NCBI GenBank assembly: GCA_964016885.1
Contig: OZ024743.1
Location: 217,000,001-217,064,000, forward strand
Direction: 5' to 3'
From: Eledone cirrhosa
Lineage: Eukaryota
Length of the DNA: 64,000 nt
Numbering within the stretch: the first letter of the stretch is position 1; each line of letters opens with the position of its first letter. Positions 40,368 through 55,644 of the stretch are shown here, one piece after another. The notes under the pieces are model-generated. The model saw nothing but the letters and a program-made list of their open reading frames with translations, made no database searches and was not told the DNA's origin. The position numbers were made by a program, and so were the translations under genes.

Positions 40368-40370
40368 TAA

Positions 40371-40464
<94 letters not shown>

Positions 40465-40499
40465 TATAAATATATATATATTATATATATATAAATATA

Positions 40500-40555
<56 letters not shown>

Positions 40556-40629
40556 CATATATATTATATATATATATATATATATATTATACATATATAT
40601 TATATATATATATATATATATATTATACA

Positions 40630-40703
<74 letters not shown>

Positions 40704-40715
40704 ATACATATATAT

Positions 40716-40746
<31 letters not shown>

Positions 40747-40751
40747 ATACA

Positions 40752-40790
<39 letters not shown>
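40190..40790. repeat. ~600-bp interrupted (TA)n tract
   Basis: Directly visible. Confidence 0.97.
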
Positions 40791-41955
40791 TAAATCTACC
40801 AATCTAACACATATATATCCTAGAAACGATCGTTAAATAATGAACTTTTTTTGTTTAATATAAGGAATTGTTTATTCATTATTTGTTTAATATTTTATAT
40901 ATATATATATATATATATAATGTTTTGGGTGTGTGTCTTTGTGATATAATGATATTATTTGTTATTTTCAGAACAAGTTAGATTTGCATTATATCTTGAA
41001 TACAACTGAATTTGTTATTGTTGTTTAGGCTACTCCGATGAGGGCTCTGATCAAGAATGGACTACACCATCCCTTATATTATCTATCTAGATCAGTGCCT
41101 TATAATTCGTTTTCCAAACTCTCTTTTTGACTTGGACATCCATCACTTCTGTACCTGTTCGTGAGATTAATATGCAATTGGTAGAACATTCAAGTGATAT
41201 GTATGAACTGAAGGAGATTCAGCATGACACAAATATATCGATTTTTTCCTAGTTGAACCAAATTGATAAATGTCAAATATAGTCTTAATCTAGGACACAA
41301 TTCAGCGCCTGATCCGAGAATGGAGTTCTAGACGTTAGCATGTTGATCCGAAAACTTTCACCACTAAGCCAAAAGCGCTTATTAAATTCAATATACATTG
41401 AATTATATTCTAATCATTCTTGTTTTTGCAGTAATTAAAGATATTATTCAGAAATTTCATGTAAAACCATTTTTCATTCTGCGTTTTTCCCGATGTACTT
41501 AATTTTATTTTTATTCCTTTTATTTCAATAACAGAAACGCGAATTTTAACAATTGGATACCTTGAAAAATTCTAAAAAATTGTAAAAGTTCCTGCTTTGT
41601 GATTATTGAAGATGGATTTTAGGTACGTCAATTACATTTTTCTTTTTCTTGTCAAACAATGTAATAATAAAAGTTACAAATGTAGGCCCAAGTTCAGCAA
41701 TTCTGGTGGGAGGGGGACGTCGACTAAATTAGTCCGTGCATTTAACTGATATTTTTTTTGTATATGTATATATATGTATATATTTACAATCGGTTTTCTG
41801 TAAATACTTCTGGTCTGTATTGTGCTCAAGTCTATTCACAAGACACCTATTGCCATATGTCCTAGTGTCAATTTTCATTAAAATAAAAGATGCTAACAGT
41901 CATTTAAATATTGCAAATCATCATCTTAAAAATATATTTCCAATATCTAAATAAT

Positions 41956-42298
41956 TGTTTCTACTTTAGGCACAAGGCCAGCAATTACCCAGTGTATTAC
42001 TGGTACTTTATTTTATCGACCCTGTAAGGATGAAAGGCAAAGTCAACCTCGGCGGGATTTGAACTCAGATCGTAAAGGGACGTAACTATGCTGGAAAGCA
42101 TATCTAAATAATTGTTTCTACTTTAGGCACATGGCCAGCAACTACCCAGTGCCTCACTGGTACTTTATTTTATCGACCCCGTAAGGATGAAAGGCAAAGT
42201 CAACCTCGGCGGGATTTGAACTCAGATCGTAAAGGGACGTAACTATGCTAGAAAGCATGGCGTCCGACCCTCTACCGATACTACCAATCCACCGCCCT
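41956..42298 (-). mobile_element. two tandem SINE copies (41956-42099 truncated; 42113-42298 full) with a triplicated target site
   Basis: ATATCTAAATAAT at 41943-41955, 42100-42112 and 42312-42324. Confidence 0.93.
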
Positions 42299-42489
42299 GC
42301 ATATCTAAAGCATATCTAAATAATGAACGTAATAAAGAAAATAACAGAAAAATGTGTTCTACGAAAATTATAAAATATTTACAGAACTTCAGTATTTGCA
42401 ATGTTTAAAGCATATTTGAAGATTTTATTGGGTCTTCCTACACTAAAATTGTCTACATGCAAAGGCCCATGTTAGAAACAGCTCTCGTT

Positions 42490-43080
42490 TATATGGCGTC
42501 CGACATCCTGGGGGTTTGACTTCAAGACTTTTTTAATGTCCATTGCATAACTGACTCTCAATGGGAATTGCAATCATTTTAAACGAAAGTGGGTATGTGT
42601 TTGTATTAATAGTATTCTAGGTTTAAATGAGATTCTCCTTTACCACATACAATGAGGATTTTGAATTTGATAAGGGAAGGTCGTAGTGATAAGGGCAGGC
42701 AGTAATTCAGCCAAATTCATACGCGCCCCATTACACAATCTTGGGTGATACATGTTTCTGAGAAGCATGGGGAATGTGCCCTTCTTTAATTCAAGGTTAT
42801 GTGGCAGCATACCGGACTGTTCCAGATTGTTGAGCAATTGAACGGGATAATGGAGATGATCGTCCTCTTCAACAACTTTGTGGATTGATTTAGAGGTCTG
42901 GCTACGCCGAGGGATAATTTAGGAGTGATTTTGTTGATGGTCATCACTGTAATATTTTAGGGGGCAAGGAATGCTCTTTCACAAAGCCAATCCTCATTGG
43001 AATGGTGCATATCGAAATAAGGAAACACTTAATTAATTAATTTTACAACGCGTTCCACAACTGTACAAAATGTTGGTCAA
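42490..43080 (-). mobile_element. Helitron Rep/Hel (Pif1-family helicase) pseudogene fragment
   Basis: Minus-strand NEDWLCERAFLAP, LNNLEQSGMLPHNLELKKGTFPMLLRNMYHPRLCNGAR and FPLRVSYAM motifs in the Pif1 C-terminal order, with frameshifts. Confidence 0.88.
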
Positions 43081-43096
43081 AACCTACGTCATTTTT

Positions 43097-43292
43097 AAGG
43101 GCGGTGGATTGACAGTATCGGTAGAGGGCCAGACACCATGCTTTGCAGCAAAGAGTTACGGCCCTTTATGTTCAGAGTTCAAATCCCGCCGAGGTTAACT
43201 TTGCCTTTCATCCTTACGGGGTCGATAAAATGAAGTAACAGTAATGCACTGGAGTAATTGGTGGCCTTGTGCCTACAGTAGAAACAATTATT
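43097..43292 (+). mobile_element. tRNA-derived SINE, full length
   Basis: AGGGCGGTGGATTGACAGTATCGGTAGAGGG...GAGTTCAAATCCCGCC...GTAGAAACAATTATTA. Confidence 0.94.
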
Positions 43293-44338
43293 AAGGGATT
43301 GTTTTTCTATCAATTTAAACTGCTTACCCGTAAATCGGATGCCAGATCGTTCGAAAATAAAGGAAACAAACTCTAGAAAAAAGTCCTACAGATGAAATAT
43401 CCAAGGCTGGGAAAATCCGAGGGACACCACAATCTGTTTTCGGAGAAAGAAGTGATTCTGAGAATGTCGGAGATCATATTATCTGAAAACAGACGAAAAA
43501 CCTTAACTATTTTCAATCTAATTCAGTGCTTTTAGCGGTAAACTTAACAAACAAATTTCCTTTTTATATGCATATAGATAGATAACGGAGAAATAGACAA
43601 TATCTGCGTGCTAGAAAGAGCAGTAACATATTCCCCACCTGACTCCCCTCATTCCGTTATCGGAAAAAATGTTCGTAGTGATTTCGTTGGAGGTCAGATT
43701 AGATGAAACTATTCGATACACCTTAATTATTTTCAATTTTATTTTTTGTTATTAGCGGTTAACAAATAAACAAACATTCTTTTTATAAGGATATAGACAT
43801 TGTCTGTAAGTGTTTTTTTTATTATTATGTAACGACATTTGATGCATGAAAAATTGTTTAAATAACAATTGCCGACCAAGGAAAATGAATTTTACAGAGG
43901 GTGTACAATGGGTGCAGGGAGAAAGTAATGAAATAGAATGAGAAGAAAGACAATTCATAAGGATAATCAGAGAGTTCTCCATAACAACAGCAAATATTTC
44001 GGGGAGAATGTTGAGAAACAGGGTGAGATATAAAAGAGAATTAGATATTATAAGTGATAACAAATGATAAAAGAAAGTGAATGGATCATGGGAAGAGGGG
44101 AAAAATAGTCTAATGCTTGGAAGAATTTGAAGAACAAACGAATATTACATAAAAATGAGTGAGGGGAGGAAAAACGAAAGCTCACACAAACTTTTGAAAT
44201 TAGATTTAGATCTCTCTTTCTCTGTTTCCCTCTCCTTTTCTCTCCATCCTACTCACTTCCATCTCCCCTTTCTCCCTCTCTATACATATATATGCATATT
44301 CATATATATATATATAGATATATATATATATATAAATG

Positions 44339-44369
<31 letters not shown>

Positions 44370-44376
44370 GTATATT

Positions 44377-44441
<65 letters not shown>

Positions 44442-46535
44442 ATGTATAGATATATGTGTGTGTATGTATAGATATATGTGTGTGTATGTATAGATATATG
44501 TGTGTGCATGTATAGATATATGCATGTGTATGTATAGATATATGTATGTGTATGCATAGATATATGTATATGTATATAAATGTGCATGTATATGAATGCC
44601 TGTGTGTGTCTTTTTATGTGTCTTTGTTAACATGCTGAAATGTTTTTCCATCAGAGTTAGCATTCGTATTTTAATAGCATTAATTGTATAATTACAATTT
44701 ATTGGCTCAAAAATAATTCCAGAATTACCTTTTAATTAATGTCTAATTATCATGTTTAGTGAATCGATTAACACACTGAAAATATTTTACTAGCTTTCCA
44801 TTTTCTTTCCTTAACTTTGAAAAGTGTATAATCTTTACTTAACTACAGTTTCTAACATATAAATTTGTTGGCGCTGATGTGCCATGACACGGCTATAATT
44901 AGCAGCCTGCAATTTATTTATTCAGTGTGAAACCTGCTTCGAAGTGAAATATTCCGCCTGTCAATATTTCATAATACCTAAGGCAACACTCACCTCAAAT
45001 TCTGCATGTCAGGTGACCATCTTTCAATCGTTGACGTGTATATATCCCGTTAACCATTACGCATTCGTACTGACATTATTGTATATTATTGTTCTGTTTT
45101 TATTATACTTATCATCTACTAAGTCTGGGGAAATTTAAATCCCTCAAGCGTGTGCGGTTACGTTATTTGCCGCACAGTTACATGCTTCCGTGTTCAATGC
45201 AACAGCAAACATTTTTAGAATGATGTCTCTTATATTTCGGAGTCGAATATTTCGGAGTGGAATTTGGCCGTTGGAAATTGTGGAACTTCGTCCAACGGAG
45301 CGTTCCCTTTCTTGGACGCTAGACTTAATCCATCAGCTGGTTTAACCCAACAACTACCTAAATATAGGATACCATCAGTTGAGTTCGTTTGATGTTCTTT
45401 ATAATAAAACTCTATGAACAAGTTCAACAATTTCCGTTCACTTCCTACATTATACATGTGATGTTATTGCCTGATCAAATGCAACACAATTAGATTTAAA
45501 ATTAAAGGAGTTGAAATGATAATCGTGTATCCAACAAACTTTAACTCCTTGTTCATTCACATCTTACAGGGGTCGACTTTGTCTTTATCATAAAGGGATT
45601 ATTACATTGATGAGGAAAATTTGAACGCCGAAAAAACAATATTATTTAGATATTTAATGGAATTCACATGATCCGTGACCAACAGTTATTTATCAGAGAT
45701 AGGGTGCACGCAGGTCCCTATTATTCAGTGTAGCAATTGAACGAAACTTGGCTGTTATTTCCAAAATTGTGTATAACCAAATAGAGGGTGTCTCATTGGT
45801 TCAGTACTTGATATTGGTATTAGTCGAACACTTTCCCAGTGAGTCGGTGACAGCTCGGTTATACTGCATCGCTGCACTTCTAACTCCATTAAGAACATTC
45901 ATAAATATAATGTAAACTCATTTTCCTCATCTCTATATTTCTGTTGTTTTGCGGAAGTAACGAAGAAATATTCTGACAATGTTCAATGATGTAGGATTGA
46001 ATTATTCTCTTAGCAAATGACTAAAAGAACCGGTTTCATTTCCTGTTACAAGTAAAGGCATGAACATCGCAGCATCCCATTTATAATTTCCCCAACCTTA
46101 ATATCTTGGGAATGCATGCCTTTGTGTGAAACAATCCACTTGCTTATGGTTAACACATTAGCGCAATTATTGCTCTTTATATTTTGGCGGAATTTTGGAA
46201 TTGCTTATTTCTAGCAAGCTTATATGTAAGCACCACAGGTAGTCTGTTCATACAACATCTGAAAAACATTTAAATTCAACACAGACATGGAAGCAATCAT
46301 CATTAGAACAGTTGGAAACCGTGTAATCAATCAGCGTGCATTTTCTTATTTTTCACTAGTGTGAGATATTTTTGGTTGTGTTAGATATGCACGTAAATAT
46401 GAAATATAGGCGCATATTGTAAAATAAAACAGTCTAGTCATAGGTGAGTAATGCTTTCATATATATATATATATACTGTATATATATATATATATATATG
46501 ACATTTGACATACGTATATATATATATATGTGGGC

Positions 46536-46598
<63 letters not shown>

Positions 46599-47773
46599 CC
46601 CATGTACTCTTACACACACACACACATGAACCTACTGTCGTTGTAACTTGACTCACTACCGGTCTTATTTTAACTGATGGTTGACAACACGTAAGGCATC
46701 CCTGACGTTTTCTCAATAGAAACAAAACTCCTTTTGTTAGAATCGGTATTTTAACTAGTACATTCGGAACTATATTGCAAGTGGTAATTTTATCTTCTCG
46801 TCAATAAACATTCCACCCTATTACATTTATAAAAAATGTTTTTGTTTTCCTTTCATATAAGTGAAATCATAATTGCATAATTAGAAAAAAAGATAAATGA
46901 ATGTGCGTGCATAATGAGATATGTTAGTAGACTTATGTATAGTATCTTAAGAGGGATTCGTTATGGAACGTGAATGATGCTGGGGGATGTTGGAAAAGTG
47001 TAACGTTAAGTGAAGTTAATTTTAAATCAGTCGCTAGAAGCCAAGGTGCAGATAACAAGATTTGATGATTTGAAGCATGCTCTTCTTTTATTTACTTGAT
47101 GCGTCTATGATGACGTTATTGAAAATGGCTACTCCATCATCATGATATGAACCAAATTTTATTAATGTTAATTCCATTCTTCTAAAAAATGAAAGGAAAC
47201 CATACTTACATCGAAAGACATAATAGGGTAACATCCCGTGATTCACACTGAAGGGTCAACATGCAGTGGTTTCCTCGGGAATAAAATCGCAATCTAAAAC
47301 TCCGTACATTGCAGATTTACTATGATTTCATTGTTGGTGATTACAGATTTCTCATGTTATGGTTACATCTTTACTAATGATATATTTTGCTAAGGAGTCT
47401 GCTCTCTCGTCTAGTAGGCATTAAACTGCAATAGTGATTATATTAGAAATCTTCCTCGGGATTTTTAATCTTTCAAAAATATTTTTTAATCTTTCAAAAT
47501 ATTTTATCAACAACATTCAGCTTATCATTTAAGGTCACAATTTCTTCATTAATTAATTGAAAGGCTCCGATAAAATTGTGTTATATGTTTAAGGAATAGA
47601 TTAAGTAAGCTATTCTGCCCAATACTAAAATTGAGGTTAATTATATTCTTCATTACGGCTTAGTGATGCGTCTTAATACTCAGTAATTTCACCTGTGTAG
47701 TTTCTCTTTCTCACAAACACAGGTACATAGACACATGTTGTATATGTATACGCACATATAATACATGTATATA

Positions 47774-47829
<56 letters not shown>

Positions 47830-48317
47830 ATAGATATAGATATAGATATAGATATACATATATGTATATATATATAATATATATACATATATATACTCAC
47901 AACGAGACACACACACGCGTACACACACCAACACACACACACACATATATATATAATATCCGCGCACACAAACGTCAAATCCCCATGCAGTGTGTTTCAC
48001 TCATTATTTTGCTTTACTCTGCTTTGACATTTGTTTAAAAACATGTGTAGAACATTTCCTGTGTGCAATGGTCGTAGCAAAACTACGGGTGACACTGTCA
48101 CATGCAACGTTATGCTTCGTTAAGTTTGTTCTGTGTACTACTGGTGGGAAACATGTCATACAGTGTTTCTTTTGCATTTATCAAATATGGAATTCTATTT
48201 AATTGTGTTAATTGTGAAGCCATAGTTGAAACAAAGCTAATTTCCTCTCTATCGATGTAGGAATAATACACGCGCACACACAAATGCACGCACATACGCA
48301 AGCCCCCCCCCCCCCCC

Positions 48318-48351
<34 letters not shown>

Positions 48352-48358
48352 ACATTTA

Positions 48359-48405
<47 letters not shown>

Positions 48406-48979
48406 AAAATGTATAAAACAATCAGTTGATGAAATTCACTGAAGATATATGTTAGTTTCACACTTAATATAGAAGGATGCGTCTTAATGTTTCGGATGCC
48501 AGTCCTTCATTGGATAACAGAATGTAAAATTATAAAAGAAATAAAAAGATGGAGGAGAGTTAGCATGGGCAGAAACGAAAATAATTCTTCGAGAAAAAGC
48601 ATATCTGTTCATTTCGCCAATTCTTCGAGAAAAAGCATATCTGTTCATTTCGCCACCTTGGTAAACAGGCACACACAGACAAACATACAATAAACATTGT
48701 CGACAGCGTGAACTTTCTCTCCAACTTAATATATATTATTTATTCATATATTTTTATACACGGATCGAAAAAACTCTATCTAATGTTTGTAGGTCCAATA
48801 ATGAGCCTCTCCCCAGATTGTGTACAGTGGAGCAGCCTGGTAATAAAATAATCAGCGCCTCGGGCTGTCTTGATCAAAACTATATGGCTAGTTGTGTATG
48901 AGTGGGATGGTGGGGGTGCTTCATATAATGTAGTATATTTTCTTTAGTAATTCACATTCAGCTTCACTGCAACTGTATG

Positions 48980-49148
48980 TTCCTCGGCTGAAAAGCTTAT
49001 AGGCTGACTATATTGGCGTGACTGGGCTTTGAAATCTTGCATTCATTTCATTGCATCTTTCCAGAGACTATGTAGAAATACAAACCTCATTTGGACATTC
49101 CATAATAGTATCTTGGTCAGCCCATGAAAATGTTAGCTGATACTCGTA
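48980..49148. mobile_element. degenerate mariner-type MITE (related remnant at ~18321-18390)
   Basis: Imperfect TIRs GGCTGAAAAGCTTATAGGCTGAC / GTCAGCCCATGAAAATGTTAGCTGATACTCGTA, ending in TA. Confidence 0.5.
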
Positions 49149-49265
49149 TATATAATACATACGCGCTATTGTAACTCTTCATTCTAAAACCTTGTATATC
49201 TGAATGTGTCCTGGTAGTCAAACAAAAGAAATACTACTACTACTAATAATAATTATTATTATTAC

Positions 49266-49475
49266 GAGCCGTTGATTGGCAGTATCGGGAGAGCTTGGAG
49301 CACAATGCTTCGCGACATAGAGTTACTGCCCTTTACGTTCTGAGTGCATCTCACGCAGAGGTTAGCTTTGCTTCGCATCATTACGGGGTCGATAAAATTA
49401 GTACCAGTGGAGTCCACTTAATCAACGCTCTCTTCTCTCCAAATTACTAGCCTTGTGCCTATAGTATAATACATT
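49266..49475 (+). mobile_element. tRNA-derived SINE (diverged, longer variant)
   Basis: GATTGGCAGTATCGG A-box, TTACGGGGTCGATAAAATTAGTACCAG domain, GCCTTGTGCCTA tail. Confidence 0.85.
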
Positions 49476-50059
49476 ATCATTGTTATCCGTATTCAAATGT
49501 TTCATCCGTGTTTTTCAACATATTCGTATTTCTCTTTGATAATGCGTAGAAATATGTTTTTTATTCCAGAAGGTGTTTGTGCTACAGCTAATTAGTTCTG
49601 TTTTATGCTTTTCTTGGACATTTATTTTTGATCATGTTTATTACAATTGCTTACATTTCATTTAAAGGTGATTCTGTATAATGTGTTCTGCGTAGGTGAT
49701 ATTATATTATCGAGAGTGTCACGTGTAGAATGTGAGTTTATAGTGTTATTGTATTGTTGGTTCGAATATGTGTTTAGGAACAAGGAACTACATTATTAGT
49801 GTGTGTATAACATTAAATGCTGCTATTAGATAATTTTCGAGAATTTTTGTTATTTTCCTTCCTATAAGAAAGAAAATAATTATTATTGATACACATTTTC
49901 TCGCATATTCCTTTTAATCATATAACCTTACAAGTAATGTTTTATTGGGAAGTGATGTAGAAATCTGTTTCTTTCCCTCTCAGTTTGAACAATCCTCTCT
50001 TTGATTCGTTTTTTGATCTTTTCGATTAAGATGAATCTGATCTATGTAGTTTGAACAGG

Positions 50060-50300
50060 CTTGATACACATAGTTCTTCAGTTTTCGTCTGCCAGCATAT
50101 TGTTAGATGTATTATAACTGCCTGTCCGGTTATGCTTGTTGAGGACAGGGCAGTTGACAACTAGGATCGTATATTGTTTTTATATTATCGATTTGCATAG
50201 TCTGTACACTAGTTTACGTCTTATAGTTATTGTGAACTTGATACTTTTCATATAAGCTTTAGTCTGTAGTATAATGGTTTATTCTGGGGCTTTTTTTACC
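50060..50300 (-). mobile_element. decayed RLE-type (R2/R4/NeSL-like) LINE zinc-knuckle fragment
   Basis: Minus-strand YRLCK...TI...VVNCPVLNKHNR resembles CRLCx..ETIxHIxxxCPxL..RHN. Confidence 0.45.
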
Positions 50301-50586
50301 GGATTAACTTTCACATATCCAGTCCAGTCTTTTTAAGTTCCTTTGTATCTTCGAGAATTCATTTTAGATTTTCTCACGTTTTTGTTACGTTTTCTCTTAT
50401 CTATATCTTAATGTTCTTAGCTTCTAATTTGTAACGTATTGTTTCTTTGAATAGAGAGGAATATTATTTTCTTTATTTTTCATTGTTCCTTTTACTGTAC
50501 TAATCAATTTTTCTTTATTCTCTTTTGAGAACTTTAAGAAACCCATCTCTTTCGTATTGAGGGTGAAATATTCTTTCTCTCACTTA

Positions 50587-50649
<63 letters not shown>

Positions 50650-50661
50650 ATATATATATAT

Positions 50662-50747
<86 letters not shown>

Positions 50748-52654
50748 GTGTGTGTGTATGCATCTGTGTGTGTGTGCTTGGATTGATAAAACTGAAATGC
50801 AGTTCAAAACTTTCTCGTTTTCTTATCTTAGTTCTTCAGTTAAATATGCTGAAGTTTCAGTTCATGACTGGAATAGATAGTAGTGTATTTATACTTACTA
50901 TCTTTCTCCTGGCATTGCGTTAAGCTTTTAATGTTTGTTTTATACTATGGTGGTGATGTAAAAGAAACAGTAGAATTCCAGACGAAATGCGTTGTGTTAT
51001 CTAGTTACTTCCCTTTAGATTCAAGATGTAATCTTGCTGAAATCGTCATTCATCATCTTATATTTGATTGAATAAATATCAGTTAAGTACCGTAGTCAAT
51101 TAACTGAAATATAGCCCTCCTACGAAATGATTATCATTGTGCGAATGTAAGAAAGACTACTGTCATCGTTTTCTAACATTTTCATTCATTTCTATATGTA
51201 GTTTATGTTTTGTCATTTACTCTTAAATGTCTTTATTATCTGCAGCACTATCTCGTCAACCTAATTCTGCTACCTCTATTATAAATATTGTTAATTAGCT
51301 ACAGATCAACCCTGATCAAGCAGGCCCCACTTTCTATTTTTTTTTTTTGCTATTTTTTTTAAATTCTGATACAATATATCTACGTCTACACCATCCGACA
51401 CCGTTCTCATTTATTCCCGAGAATTACTTTACCACATTTATCTAATCCCTTGTTCATCTTAATAACATTGGAGAACATACCATGTAAACACTCCAGATGC
51501 ATGTTATTTCTAGTATACAGTTGTATTTTACGATCCTTATATACATTATATCAAACAATTTGGCCATTATATGTATACCCAAATGTGGTTTCACTAGAAT
51601 ATTTCTGTGGGATTGACAGAAAACTAATGGGTATAGACAATACTTACAGAAGAATCTGAATTCTTGTGGAGACAGAGATATACTCTCCTTATCTTGTAAT
51701 GTATATGATTTGTTTTTTTATGTCTTGTTTGCTACATTCCTATATCTTGCAGCTGCTTTATCTTCTTCCTACACAAAGAAAAAAAAGATCAAAAGGGTTA
51801 ACTGCTCCCTAAACGTTTTCTGTAATAACTCCATGATATTTAGTGAATCTATAATAGTCTATTGTTTAACCAATATGAGTACTTTACATGTACACGTCCT
51901 GTCCATTTACATTTATTTTCTGACCCTCTGGTATACGATCCTCAAAGATGAACCTACTAATAAGGAGCTTATAAAATGTTGAAAAACATATAGGTGGGCA
52001 AATCTTGTTTACGTTTCGTATTAGTAACATTTCTGAAGATAATTTACGAAATATATCAACTCATTAAGCCTTACAATAAGCCTCTGATATCGTAGAGCTA
52101 GTAAACGGCCAAATTCTGCTGTATAATGCTTGTGGTTTATTGTGGCACTAGGATATGATTATAGGCGCAGCCATGACCTAGTGTTTAAGGTGTTCCCTTT
52201 CCAAATATGAGGTTCCAGTTAACCCCTCATCAGACAGTGCGACATTTTAAGTGTCTTCCAACGTAAACCTGTGTGTATGTGTAGGTATATATGTAGATAT
52301 AGAGATAGACATTTAGTTGGATTTTTGTTTTGTTTGTTCATGTAAAGCTGAAATTTTCATTGTTGGAGGTGTGTAAGTGATGATGATATGATATAGACGC
52401 GGAGAAGCCGATTTCCCTATCACATTTGTATACGTTTAGAAGGGAACAAAACCGTTAACTTAAATATATTTTCTGCCATGAAACGTAACGCAATTTATGT
52501 GACGAAGATACAAAGACAAGAACAGGTAACAATTTCAAATAAATAGGATCATAGGCATGGAAGTGTGTATTGTGTTTAGGTGAAATTATGAGACCAATTG
52601 GATTTGAGGATGTAGAATTATTAACTTCCACTGTCATGCCACTGCCAGCAGGAA

Positions 52655-52705
<51 letters not shown>

Positions 52706-54683
52706 AGACGGAGAGAGAGATAGAGAGAGAGAGAGATGGAGAGAAAAAGAGAAGTATAGAGAGAGATAGAGGAAGAAAGAGAGAGAGAGAAGCGAAAAGT
52801 AATGGACTTTATATATCCCTAGGTGTGATCAAGGCTATTTTCATCTAGGTTTTTTGACCGGATTATTATCGTAAACAAAGAACATTTAGCCCAATGTTAA
52901 TTTCGCTACAAATACATATTCATTATATTGTCGATTATGCGTTTATGGGAATAAATAATAGAAAAAATGTCCTAAATATAGTCCGTAGAACCTATGTATG
53001 TAGGTTTGTATGTTATCAGTTAATGACTCACTAGTAGATTTGACACAAACGTAAAAGTACATTGATCTTCCAGATGTATTTTATGAAACGTATCTGAAAG
53101 ATCACAGACGTATTTAACGCGATTTAAACGTGTGTGAAATTTTAAGTAATTTACTTGTGTGATTCATTAACTATTTACTTAGTTAGTTCTTTCTTTCTCT
53201 GTCATATATATTTATATATAATGTAGATGTGTGTGTGTAAAAACGTGTATGTATGTGTAAGAGAACGGAAGATTTTCTTTTTATAAGATGTGAAAGAGAT
53301 CTTAAAGATTCTTCTGATGTGACGGAGATGATGAGGAAGAGGAGAGAAACAATTAGATAAAAGGTGGTGGAATGTTGTTACTGAACGAGTGAATGAAGGA
53401 AATATTGCAATAGACTAATAAACAAAGAAAATATTCGTGAAAAAAATGAAAGTGTTGATTATGTGAGGGGAAACTTCAAAAGAAAGGAATAATAATATCA
53501 TAGAAAAATCAACAAGATGATATTGAAAATCAATAAAACACTTTTTCATACTGTTATAAAACAAATCTAAAACGTAATGCAATTTTTTTATGAGGATGAA
53601 AAGCATCGATATTGAAATTGGAATATATTTTCTTTAGAATGTTTGATTGTATAATTACAAGATTTTCCCTTATTTCTCTTTTTATATTTATCAATGCAGC
53701 GATTTTTTTTGTATATATTTCATTAATTCTGCATTATTTTGTTCGTATAGTTCGTTTTCACTACTGATGTTTTTAATGTTTTTATTATCGTCGACTGGTT
53801 TCCTTTCTTTGTCATGTATATTTGATCTACCATTATTTTGTGAACTTTTAGTTGTGTAAAGACTCTATTAAAAAAAAGTAACGATTATTACAGTGGTATG
53901 GTTTTTCCGGACTATTAACCTCATCTATTGTGTTTCATCTACACTATTTCGATCGGTTTATTTTCCAAACGTCTTCGATTTACTCATGAAACTGTATCAG
54001 ATATTTTCCTCCTAAGCTCCGATGTTTATGATAGCTATAAATTTTCATTTCTTTGGCAATATAAATATAAATATAAAGTTATGACTATGTATGAACTATG
54101 CTTGAAGATCGATTAGCAGATACAAAGGCCAAATTATTAAAACAGTTAGTCCATGAGTTCGTATTTCGTTGTAAGTACTTTGTCTTATATTAGCGATAGG
54201 AAAGTTAATAGATTTGTCTAAGTATATAAAACTACATTAAGCAGCTGAAGTATATTGTGAACAAAAACAGGACATAATTGAAATGAAGCTGTGATAAATA
54301 TCCATGTCGATACACTTATTTATATGATGTAAACATTTCTTATTTACGTATCTCGCATTTTCGACCTACGGAGAAATTCGTTAATATGACATGTTTATCT
54401 TGCTTAAATGCTTCAATGCGTGTGTTTACAACCACATTCCTACTAGCTTCGGTTAAATTATGTACTGTTTAAATAGACACGTACACACTCACACACACGC
54501 ACACGCACACACACACATACACACGCATGTATGCATGTATGTTTGTATGTATGTGTATTCATATGTTTATATATTTATTTATATATGTTTATATATATGT
54601 GTGTGTGTATATATGTATGTATATATGTATGTATATATGTATGTATATATGTATATATGTATATATGTGTATATATGTATGTA

Positions 54684-54717
<34 letters not shown>

Positions 54718-54869
54718 GTTTTGAGGTTTTTTTTATATGAAATCGTGTGTCGAAACAAATATTGTTATACTTGGGGAGCGTCATATTTGTGTAATATTAC
54801 CAGAATTAATAACAGAACACACTCACTGTTTGGTAGGTTTTCTCTTCTCGCTTCTGTCTCTTTTATATA

Positions 54870-54917
54870 TAGTTTATCATAAATCTTTCGTTGCACATCT
54901 GCAACATCGTCAGTGGT
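54870..54917 (-). ncRNA. hammerhead ribozyme motif downstream of the GIY-YIG ORF
   Basis: Same CTGACGA-tgttgcagatgtgcaac-GAAA-gatttatgat sequence as 36965-37002, on the same strand as the ORF. Confidence 0.72.
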
Positions 54918-55155
54918 GCTATATTTTCCTCCTGTTGTATTGTATGTCTACGCCATTTTTATTCAGTCTGTCTATATATTTATTTATTTATTTGCTTGTT
55001 TGGTTATTTTATTTTGTCTTCTTTGCGCATTGTTTGCGTGAGTGTATAGTGTTTGTTTGCTGTCTAGTGTGTGTTTATGTGCTTGTTGTTATTGTGCTTG
55101 TGTATGTATGTATTTATTTATTTATTTATTTATTTATTTTATTTTATTTACTTAT

Positions 55156-55462
55156 TTATACTTCTCTTAGGTCAGTGTTGTTTGTTTGGGTGTTGTTGTT
55201 ATTCCATTCATTCTTTCTCTTTAGCCTTGGTCTTCTAATTTCTATTTCACTGGCCTCTCTGATTTGCCTATCTGCTGGGTCATTTCTATTTTTAGTTATT
55301 ATTCTAATTTCTATGTTGTCTATGTTACCGTCATGTTGTTGTCTAGCATGTTCGTATGGTACTGACCCGTTTTTTCGTCCTTTTAGTTCCCCCCAGTTTT
55401 GGTCTATCCTTTCACCTATGCTACGAGCTGTCTCACCTATGTATGTTGTGTCATGTTTCTGC
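55156..55462 (-). pseudogene. Penelope-like GIY-YIG endonuclease fragment
   Basis: TYIGETARSIGERIDQN..SVPYEHARQQH..IRII..DRQIREASEIEIRRPRLKRKNEW shows the YIGET, catalytic Arg, His pair and RxxxE motifs. Confidence 0.9.
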
Positions 55463-55493
55463 AATATTACACAAATATGACCATCCCAAGTAT

Positions 55494-55641
<148 letters not shown>

Positions 55642-55644
55642 GTA

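Noticed and set aside
43097-43200. tRNA gene
   Set aside because: A and B boxes are present, but the expanded middle, attached SINE body/tail and many dispersed copies identify a SINE head.
45230-45457. 75-aa ORF in a GC-richer patch
   Set aside because: No recognisable motif, and all frames are closed after the nearest acceptor-like site.
48583-48654. 36-bp perfect tandem duplication
   Set aside because: An ordinary local duplication with no further structure.
54737-55480. 247-aa hydrophobic plus-strand ORF (membrane-protein-like)
   Set aside because: It is antisense to the A-rich Penelope 3' region; the hydrophobicity comes from T-richness.
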